Positions 56,512 through 64,000 of a stretch of 64,000 bases of DNA are shown here, piece by piece (the stretch's first letter is position 1; the number at the start of each line of letters is the position of its first letter). The position numbers were made by a program, and so were the translations under genes. The notes below the pieces were generated by a model that was given only the letters and a program-made list of their open reading frames with translations, had not been told where the DNA came from and ran no database searches. This DNA comes from an uncultured Pseudomonadota bacterium (GTDB lineage Bacteria > Pseudomonadota > Alphaproteobacteria > Rs-D84), in assembly GCA_949296475.1 (NCBI GenBank), contig CASFOK010000004.1:861-64860 (forward strand), read 5' to 3'.

Positions 56512-58926
56512 ATGACAAGTTTTTTTAATTATTTTGCAGGTGCTGGATTTCCTATTACTACCATAATATTAGTTATGGCGGTGGTGTTTTTATTTATCAT
56601 TTTGATGTTGTATATACCTGCCATAACGCGTCGTATATTTCCTAAGTTTGGTTATGCGAATTATTCACAATATTTACCTTTTGGTACTGTTTATAACGAT
56701 GATTCTTTGACTTTGACAGATGGCAGTATTTTGCGTGTATATAAGATTACAGGCGTTCAGACAAGTATGCAAGATGATGCAACAAAAGAAAAATTCTTGG
56801 ATTTACGTACCCAATTATTTAACCAAATTCGTGATAAAAATGTCGTATTACGTTTTTATATGATGCGTGATGCAATAGATGAAAATACAAATTATGAATT
56901 TGACCAACCTGTTTTACAAAAAATTTACGATAAATGGCAAGAACAGGGCCTGCGTATATTTAATAATAATTATTATGTTGTTTTATCTGTATCTGGTAAT
57001 AATGCAAGAGATAAATTAAATCAATATTGTAATTATATTGAATCTATATTGGCCGCATACAGACCGGTACTTTTACGTAATGATTCAAATGATAACATGG
57101 CAAAATTCTTTGGTCGCATTTTATCGCCAATTACAAAACCAGAACCAATTGTATGTGATCAAAATATTGCAAACGTAACAACTGTTGATGATGTAGAATT
57201 TTTAAAAGATGGTGTTGTTAGGTATATAAGCGGTGGAAAACAATCTTTCGCATCAATGATTTCTTTTAAAATGTCGCCTGATTATCTGGACGAAGATTTT
57301 TTCAATACAGTTTCTACCATTCAAACAGAAATGATATGTATGAACGCTTTTAAAATTATGGGTAGTGCAGACGTAGAAATGGCTATACGTCAAAGAATAT
57401 CAACGGCGGATAAAGATAATAATATAACAGAAGAACAAATATCCGTGGCACAAACAGCAATGGATGAAAATATTTCTGGTAATCAAAGTCTTGTTAATTA
57501 TTACCCATTGTTTATAGTTTTCGGTGCAACACAAGAAGAATTACAAAAATATGTTGATGAATTTAAGAAAATTTCTGCCTCGTTCGGTATTTCACCGATT
57601 GTAGAAACGTTCGCGTCAACAGTTTCATGGTTTGCCCAAATACCTGGTTTTGACGTTTTTCCACGCAGTTTTAAAATGTTATCCAGAACTGCGGCAATCA
57701 GTATACCTATGTCCAGTCAACCAACAGGCGTTACAAACAGTGACTGGGGGCAGGGACCGCTTGTAATATTCCCAACTGCACAAGGAACACCGTATCAATT
57801 CCAGTTTCATGTTTCTGATAAACCCGCGGCTGTGGGACATACATTAACAATCGGTCCAACAGGTGGCGGTAAAACCACATTATTTTCGTTCTTGATTGCG
57901 CAATCTTTACGTCATAAAAAATTAAAGGCTTTCTTCTTTGATAGAAACAAAGGGGCAGAAATATTTACTTTATCCGTTGGCGGTAAATATATAACTATGC
58001 AAGGTAAAGAAAAAGAAAAGTCCGTTATAGATTTTCAAACGCATTTAAATCCGCTTAAAATGCCCGATAATGCAGTAAACCGTGCTTTCTTACGTCGCTG
58101 GTTGGCTATGATTTCAGGTCAAACTGATGCAAATTCAGCAGATGAAATTGCACGCGCTGTTTCTGTTAATTTTGATTATCTTGATAATAAAGACAGGTTA
58201 TTGAAAAATCTTTGGGAAAGTTGTTTCTCTTCGTCTGGTAATATGCGTTCGGCACTTAAAAAGTGGGTTGATCCTTTACAATACGGTGATATTTTCAATG
58301 AAGAAAACGATACTTTGGATTTGCAATCAAGGTTAACTACTTTTGATTTTACTGAAATTTTACAAGATGAAGTTTTAGCGCCAGCAGTAATTTCTTATAT
58401 TTTACATAGAATTAATAATATAACTGTTTCAGGTGGAAATCCGTCACTGATTATGATTGATGAAACAGCACCGATGTTGGAAAACAAAATGTTCCGTGAT
58501 AACTTTATAGTAGGTTTGCAAGAAGGTCGTAAAAATCGTCAGGCTTATATGGTGGCATTTCAACGTGCAAATGTGCTTGATAAACTTGGTATCGGTGACG
58601 TCGTTCGTGGACAGGCGCAAACAGTTTTGTTCTTTAGAAATCCTGGGGCCGACTTAAACGATTATGCGCATTGGAATTTAAATCCTTTGGAAATGGCGTT
58701 CATCCAAGGCAAAGCATATCCAAACTTAAAACGTGCGGTATTATTATCAAGACCAGTAAACGGTGAATCTGTCATTTTAAATACAGAACTTGGTGGTTTA
58801 GGTAATATGTTAAGACTATTTGAATCTGGGCGTTCGTCTGTTTTATTGGCAGAAGAACTTTATAAACAATACGGTAATAATTTCGTTTCTGAATATTTAA
58901 AAAAGCAAGGGGCCGGTAATTTATAA
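56512..58926 (+). CDS. virB4: Type IV secretion ATPase VirB4
   Basis: 804 aa with Walker A GPTGGGKTT, Walker B LIMIDE, and a CagE/TrbE/VirB4 layout. Confidence 0.92.
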   Translation: MTSFFNYFAGAGFPITTIILVMAVVFLFIILMLYIPAITRRIFPKFGYANYSQYLPFGTVYNDDSLTLTDGSILRVYKITGVQTSMQDDATKEKFLDLRTQLFNQIRDKNVVLRFYMMRDAIDENTNYEFDQPVLQKIYDKWQEQGLRIFNNNYYVVLSVSGNNARDKLNQYCNYIESILAAYRPVLLRNDSNDNMAKFFGRILSPITKPEPIVCDQNIANVTTVDDVEFLKDGVVRYISGGKQSFASMISFKMSPDYLDEDFFNTVSTIQTEMICMNAFKIMGSADVEMAIRQRISTADKDNNITEEQISVAQTAMDENISGNQSLVNYYPLFIVFGATQEELQKYVDEFKKISASFGISPIVETFASTVSWFAQIPGFDVFPRSFKMLSRTAAISIPMSSQPTGVTNSDWGQGPLVIFPTAQGTPYQFQFHVSDKPAAVGHTLTIGPTGGGKTTLFSFLIAQSLRHKKLKAFFFDRNKGAEIFTLSVGGKYITMQGKEKEKSVIDFQTHLNPLKMPDNAVNRAFLRRWLAMISGQTDANSADEIARAVSVNFDYLDNKDRLLKNLWESCFSSSGNMRSALKKWVDPLQYGDIFNEENDTLDLQSRLTTFDFTEILQDEVLAPAVISYILHRINNITVSGGNPSLIMIDETAPMLENKMFRDNFIVGLQEGRKNRQAYMVAFQRANVLDKLGIGDVVRGQAQTVLFFRNPGADLNDYAHWNLNPLEMAFIQGKAYPNLKRAVLLSRPVNGESVILNTELGGLGNMLRLFESGRSSVLLAEELYKQYGNNFVSEYLKKQGAGNL

Positions 58927-58930
58927 AAAC

Positions 58931-59548
58931 ATGAGTTTTAAATATTTAACAAGTTTATTTTGTATATTTTTTTCTACGCCTTTATTGGCAGATGATTGTT
59001 TGCATTATAAATTGACACCACGTGTAAATCTTGAAATACCCGCATGGTCAAAAGAAGTCGTTCAACCACTGAAAGAAATGGACTTGTTTCACGGTAATGT
59101 GATAGCGACCATGGTTGATAATTATGATATAATCGCAGATATAACGAATATAGAAGACGGCTTTTGTGTATCTTTGAAAGAGGTTTCTGCAAACGTTGGA
59201 TATAGCGATTTTCTGGTTCAAATAGACATAAGACACGTTCCAAATACATGTTCTTATAATGCGATTTTATTGCACGAGGACGAACATATACGTACATATT
59301 TATCTGTAATGGATGATTATAAGAAAGAATTACAAGATTCTATTTATAGCGCTGCAGATTCTATTATGCCGATATTTGTTAGAAATCAATCTGATATAGA
59401 TGCTGCGATAAACGAATTAAATGACGAGTTACAGGCGCATCCAGACTTGATTTTGATAAAGCAGAAAATTAAAGCCGCCGAAGAAATAAGAAATAAAAAA
59501 GTAGACCAAATGGACACAGGTCAAAACCTTAAAAAATGTTTTGAATGA
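58931..59548 (+). CDS. Secreted hypothetical protein with an HExxH motif (DUF922-like or VirB5-position protein)
   Basis: Signal peptide, LLHEDEHIRTY motif, and a helical C-terminus. Lies 5 nt after the virB4 stop. Confidence 0.5.
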   Translation: MSFKYLTSLFCIFFSTPLLADDCLHYKLTPRVNLEIPAWSKEVVQPLKEMDLFHGNVIATMVDNYDIIADITNIEDGFCVSLKEVSANVGYSDFLVQIDIRHVPNTCSYNAILLHEDEHIRTYLSVMDDYKKELQDSIYSAADSIMPIFVRNQSDIDAAINELNDELQAHPDLILIKQKIKAAEEIRNKKVDQMDTGQNLKKCFE

Positions 59549-59690
59549 TTTTATTCTTTACTATTTATCTCGTAATAATATTCAAGTAGTTCAATTCGGC
59601 GCCTTCATAAATGACATTAGTACTAAACGATAAAGATAAATTTACTGCTTTCATATGAAAATATATTATATAATAATATTGTGAATAAAA

Positions 59691-60050
59691 ATGGAAATAA
59701 TGAAAAAGTTTTTATTTATATTTTTTGGGTTGCTTTTATCTGCTTGTGGCAGCGAAGAATTAAGCATAGAAGGTAAATGGGTGGAACCTGTACCAAATAT
59801 GCCTGAAATAAAGCAAGGTTTTGATTTAGAGCAGGGCGGTAAAGCAAAATCAATAGGTATGGCGACATTGCAATATGAAACATGGAAAGAAGAAAATGGC
59901 AGGCTGATATTAACAGGTAAAAGCATAGGAAATCATCAGACAATAGAATTTACAGAAGAATATGAAATAGTAAGCATAGACGATAATAAACTTATGCTGA
60001 AAAGTGGTGACTATGTTCGTGAATTTGTAAAATGTACGGATTGTGAGTAA
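59691..60050 (+). CDS. Small lipoprotein, lipocalin-like
   Basis: Lipobox LLSAC. The GKWVEP... beta-rich ~100 aa is typical of lipocalin-like lipoproteins. Alternative start at 59700. Confidence 0.6.
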   Translation: MEIMKKFLFIFFGLLLSACGSEELSIEGKWVEPVPNMPEIKQGFDLEQGGKAKSIGMATLQYETWKEENGRLILTGKSIGNHQTIEFTEEYEIVSIDDNKLMLKSGDYVREFVKCTDCE

Positions 60051-60059
60051 GTTATAATT

Positions 60060-60629
60060 ATGAAAGATATTTCTATAATTAATTTAAATAATTTACACAA
60101 AGAAATATGTGATTGTAAGAAATGTCTTCATCGCGATTTGTGTTTGCCTACTTATACTTATATTGGTAAAGATAACAGGATTTTAATTCTAGGTGAATCA
60201 CCTGCTAAAAATGGTTGGCGGGTTAGCGGCAGGGCTTGGTATGAACCATCGGGAAAGATTACAGCGACAGGAAAAATTTTAAAAAGGTTGTTATCTGAAA
60301 TAGGTCTGGTACTGGAAGATTTATATTTTACAGAAGCAGTAAAGTGTACGCCTAAATCGCCAAAATTTTTAAAAGAATGTGGTAAAAATTGTTATCCTTT
60401 TTTAAAAAGGCAAATAGAAATTTTGAAGCCGGAAATAATTGTTCCGCTTGGGGTACGGGCAACAGAATTAGTGTTGCCGAAATTTAACAAATTTTCAGAT
60501 GTGGTTGGAAAAGTTCATAAAACAGAATTTGGGCTTGTTATACCGATATATCATCCTTCACCGATATCGCCCGTCGGATATAAATCAAATATACCAATTA
60601 TGCAGATAATAAAAGACATTTTAAAATAG
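60060..60629 (+). CDS. Uracil-DNA glycosylase superfamily protein (divergent, Fe-S type)
   Basis: CDCKKCLHRDLC, ILILGESPAKNGW and YHPSPISP motifs. Confidence 0.7.
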   Translation: MKDISIINLNNLHKEICDCKKCLHRDLCLPTYTYIGKDNRILILGESPAKNGWRVSGRAWYEPSGKITATGKILKRLLSEIGLVLEDLYFTEAVKCTPKSPKFLKECGKNCYPFLKRQIEILKPEIIVPLGVRATELVLPKFNKFSDVVGKVHKTEFGLVIPIYHPSPISPVGYKSNIPIMQIIKDILK

Positions 60630-60709
60630 TTTATAACCATGTTTTCTAGTTAAATTTGTGTGTTTTAATTACATTTTTAGTCTTTAATATCTGGTAACAA
60701 ATTAAAGAA

Positions 60710-60729
60710 AACACCCCGAAAGGGGTGTT
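60710..60729. terminator. Bidirectional terminator with a GAAA tetraloop
   Basis: AACACCCC-GAAA-GGGGTGTT, flanked by A- and T-runs, between convergent genes. Confidence 0.6.
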
Positions 60730-60730
60730 T

Positions 60731-63700
60731 TTAACGTTCTATATCATTTAGGTTATTTATCGTTCTCTGCTTTTGTTTTTTTATCTTTACCTTGTTTGCT
60801 CCTTTTGAAAAATCTGATTTTTTAGAATAATCAGGATCATAATATTCTATATCTGATTCATCTATTGTCAGTTCTAGAATTAAAGACTTTAACTGTTCTT
60901 CTTTGGTTTTTAATGATTTTAAATCTTGTTTATTTACGTTACCAATATGGGAATTAATACGATCTAGACGTTTTTTTACAGAGTTTAATTCTTCGGTTAC
61001 TTTGTTCAATTTATCTCTACGAATTGCATCCTGTTTTGCTATTTCTAGTTCTTCATCTGTTGGTCTGCCAAGCAAGGTTAGCAATGTATCTAATTTTTGC
61101 TGTAACGTTTTTTGCTTGCGCCACATATCGTCTGCTACTTTTTTCCCTTTATTTTGTTTGCGTTTCTCTTGTATTTCTTCTATTTGTTTCGGTATCAGAT
61201 TCAAGTTATTTGCTTGGGCACGCGTAATACGTAAAATACGTTTCTTTTTATGCCCGGGTAAAAAATTGTCGTCGTCAATATATGCAGATGATATTTTTAT
61301 CGGATTTTGTTTAGGTTCGTCCTCTTTTTTTATTTTTATTATTTTGTCCAACAAAGCACCTGCACGTTCTTTAAACTTTTTTGTCTTTTCTTTGACTTTG
61401 TTATACATACCAAACATACCCATCGTCCAAGGTGCGTTTACCGGTTTATAAGTATTTATATCTATTGTCTCTTGATTTAAAATGGTCGTTGTTTTAGTCG
61501 TAAGCGGACTTTCACCGTTAGCATATACGTTGTGAACAGGTGTACCACTCGCATCAACAGTATTTTGCGATAATACACCGTCATAATGTGGTGTATCACC
61601 AACAGATACAGAACCAACTTCATTAATAGCCGATACATGTGGATCTATTTTTATTGCGGCTTGGATACCGTTTGGATTAATAGAGCCGTCCGACATAAAC
61701 AGGTTTTTCAAATTAGACACATCGTCCATTGAAAAACCGTTATCCATAGCCCACTGACGTGTTAAAACGGTATGTTGACCGCCTGTATATTCAACGCCAC
61801 CACCGTCAACGTGCAAGGCCATATTATTTGGAACTTGTGCACCAGCGTCGGCGTTTAATACTATGGCACGATATGGGTCTATGTTAGTCCCGTTTAATGC
61901 ATTGTATTGGTTTATCATTTCTACACGTTGTTGCAACAGGTCTGGATTATCCTGATACCACATTTCAGCAATATGTTTTGCATTTTCTAGTGTTTGTGGG
62001 GTATAAAGTGTTTCTGTTTTTGTCTCTGTTGTGGTTGTGGTTTCTTGTGTTGTATCTTTATTTTGAAAAATCGTGTTTTCGGGGTTATTTTGATTAAACG
62101 CGTTTATTCCTGCGTTTGCAACAGTGCGTCCTGTGATGCCTCCAATGGCGACGGCTGCCGCGTTTGCAATTGCCCAAGTCAACGATTCTATAGTTGAAAA
62201 CTTTGATGCTTTTGCGTCTTTATACATTTGTATCGCATTGGATGTACCGCCCAAAGCCAGGGCACCAAAACCAAGCGCTGCGGCTGCCTGAGCCATACCG
62301 GCTGCACCAAATATCATTGCTATAGATGCAATTGCTGTTGTACCCAAAGCTGTCAACATTCTTTTATCTTTCAGTAATTCGGATAAATCTGCCGACTTTC
62401 CTGCTTCTTGTTGTTTTTTTCTCCATTTATATATTTGCAAAGCACCCATCGCAATACCTGTGACAACACCTATTGTCGTAATGGCGATGGCAACGTTAAT
62501 TCCAGCAGTTGCAGCCGCAGCAGTTGCAACTACTGTTATTGCTGCACTAAATAAAAATGCATTACCAAAACCCTTTAGAATTTTAAGAAAGAAATCAATT
62601 CGTTTTTTTCGTAATGATTCTCTATTGCCGTCCTCGCCACGATCTTTTGCTCGTTTATCTATATCACGTATAGGGTTAAATATTTTTTTAGCAAAATTTG
62701 ATATTTTATTGTTTGACCCACCAAATTTACTTTTTATACGATTTACAAAACCCGAAATTTGGTTTACTTGATTATCAATAGCAGATTGGTATCCGTTTTC
62801 TGTTATGCTGCCGCCGTTCTCAGATAAATTTTTTTTGAATTGTTCTAAAAACTCGGGGCGCTTAAATTGTTTTGGATCTTCTGTTGCACCTTGCATGACC
62901 TTGTCCACAGTATCAATCTCAAACAATTTTAACATTAGTTGTTCGTCCAGTTCTTTTTGATAGTCTTTTTCGTTCTTAGAACCGTCATATGTAGAACAAT
63001 CATGCATGATTATGTCTTGTTTAGCCAAATCTATTACACGTTGTAAACGACCTTGTTTATCTAAACTGAATCCTTTTTTGAAATCTTCTTGTGCGTTTCC
63101 ATTTTTGTCTATGAATTGCGGAATGACGTTGTCTTCTTTATCAAGGAATTTATATTTGGCCGCTTCTTTTAACGTTTCATCAGAAACTGGTATGTCATTT
63201 AGTAAGACAGATAATTTGTCCCAATTTTTTGCAAGTTTTGTAGGTCTTATAGTATCAGATATTCCCCATTTATCATCGTATTTACTGATAAGTTCTTCTA
63301 ATTCGGTCAAGTTTTCGCGAATTTGTTGTCTTTGCCTTCTTGATATAACATCTGATATTCTAATTTTGAACATTTTTTTATAGCCGTCATAAACATCCGC
63401 GATATTAGACGGATCGGCATAATAAAAACCAATGTTTGTATTAAAATTTTCGGATAAATTATCTATACGTTCGGTAACTATCTGAAGGTTGTTTTCTATT
63501 TCTTTATTATCCGGTGACTTTTTTAGTTGTTTTTTTAAGTCTGTATATGCATAGGCCAATGTTACTGGCGGTACCATAGCAAATAAATCTTTATTATTCA
63601 CAATTTTGTTTACAAACAGCAGCGAAAATTTTTTTTGTTGTTCTTTGTTTAACTTAGGAACAGTCTGTAAAACAGAAATGGTTTGTTCGGGACTAGATGC

Positions 63701-63835
63701 ATTATACTGTTCTTGGGTTATAAGTCCCATTTCTAAGAAGACTTCAACTGCTAAACGGTCTAACATATATTGATTTTCGTCAGAATAATTAGATCTTACA
63801 CGAGAATCTTCATGTAAATTATTTGCTGTAATCAT
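60731..63835 (-). CDS. Large (1034 aa) hypothetical membrane-inserting protein; candidate secreted effector
   Basis: Uninterrupted ORF. The helical N-terminal ~420 aa is followed by two to three Gly/Ala-rich bilobed hydrophobic blocks, a Thr-rich linker, a globular region, and a Lys/Glu-rich coiled-coil basic tail. Confidence 0.7.
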   Translation of the reverse strand: MITANNLHEDSRVRSNYSDENQYMLDRLAVEVFLEMGLITQEQYNASSPEQTISVLQTVPKLNKEQQKKFSLLFVNKIVNNKDLFAMVPPVTLAYAYTDLKKQLKKSPDNKEIENNLQIVTERIDNLSENFNTNIGFYYADPSNIADVYDGYKKMFKIRISDVISRRQRQQIRENLTELEELISKYDDKWGISDTIRPTKLAKNWDKLSVLLNDIPVSDETLKEAAKYKFLDKEDNVIPQFIDKNGNAQEDFKKGFSLDKQGRLQRVIDLAKQDIIMHDCSTYDGSKNEKDYQKELDEQLMLKLFEIDTVDKVMQGATEDPKQFKRPEFLEQFKKNLSENGGSITENGYQSAIDNQVNQISGFVNRIKSKFGGSNNKISNFAKKIFNPIRDIDKRAKDRGEDGNRESLRKKRIDFFLKILKGFGNAFLFSAAITVVATAAAATAGINVAIAITTIGVVTGIAMGALQIYKWRKKQQEAGKSADLSELLKDKRMLTALGTTAIASIAMIFGAAGMAQAAAALGFGALALGGTSNAIQMYKDAKASKFSTIESLTWAIANAAAVAIGGITGRTVANAGINAFNQNNPENTIFQNKDTTQETTTTTETKTETLYTPQTLENAKHIAEMWYQDNPDLLQQRVEMINQYNALNGTNIDPYRAIVLNADAGAQVPNNMALHVDGGGVEYTGGQHTVLTRQWAMDNGFSMDDVSNLKNLFMSDGSINPNGIQAAIKIDPHVSAINEVGSVSVGDTPHYDGVLSQNTVDASGTPVHNVYANGESPLTTKTTTILNQETIDINTYKPVNAPWTMGMFGMYNKVKEKTKKFKERAGALLDKIIKIKKEDEPKQNPIKISSAYIDDDNFLPGHKKKRILRITRAQANNLNLIPKQIEEIQEKRKQNKGKKVADDMWRKQKTLQQKLDTLLTLLGRPTDEELEIAKQDAIRRDKLNKVTEELNSVKKRLDRINSHIGNVNKQDLKSLKTKEEQLKSLILELTIDESDIEYYDPDYSKKSDFSKGANKVKIKKQKQRTINNLNDIER

Positions 63836-64000
63836 TTGGTATCCCCTTTTTATATTATTTAATGATTATATCATAATTTAGTGGCAAAAAAAATTTTTTG
63901 TATTAAAAATATATTTACATTTGTGTTTACGCTTGGTGTCAAAATCGTAGTTGTTTTGTTTGTGCTTTGTTTTTTTGTGGATTTGAAAAAATGACCGAAT

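Noticed and set aside
60903-61451. 182-aa plus-strand ORF, and other plus-strand ORFs inside 60731-63835
   Set aside because: These are antisense to the uninterrupted 1034-aa ORF. Their hydrophobic, low-complexity translations come from the Lys/Glu-rich coding strand.

Overview
AT-rich bacterial chromosomal segment, densely coding: about 60 protein genes, 4 tRNAs and 1 sub-60-aa ribosomal protein gene missing from the ORF track. Gene content points to an alphaproteobacterium with a reduced, scrambled genome, probably an intracellular symbiont (Rickettsiales/Holosporales-like); that taxonomy is inference only. Supporting content: alpha-type SspB, Cys-free L36, type-2 IleRS, rsmG-parA-parB, and virB3-virB4. 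Most of the window is housekeeping: pnp-rpsO-truB, mutS, infC, parAB, accBC, mreB, metG, fabDG, mnmG, ileS, pheST-rplT-rpmI, mreCD-mrdA-rodA, topA-dnaG, ychF, and a TolC-MacAB-type efflux operon. The unexplained signal sits in a few accessory patches. (1) 27.3-29.0 kb holds a palindromic MITE-like repeat, a GIY-YIG nuclease plus a small XRE-like ORF, and two tandem ~170-175 nt structured RNA units. Each unit has its own promoter and terminator, shows covariation, and has an attenuator-like 1-2-3-4 layout. Next to them, the functional tRNA-Val(GAC) is preceded by two decayed tRNA-Val-like units. (2) 1.2-1.65 kb is a GC-enriched, highly structured noncoding stretch upstream of a GT2 gene. (3) 55.9-63.8 kb holds an orphan virB3-virB4 pair behind a motif-dense AT-rich control region, with non-canonical downstream genes, converging on a 1034-aa protein with Inc-like hydrophobic lobes. 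(4) Several tandem paralog pairs have unknown function. No CRISPR array, rRNA, transposase or integrase was seen.
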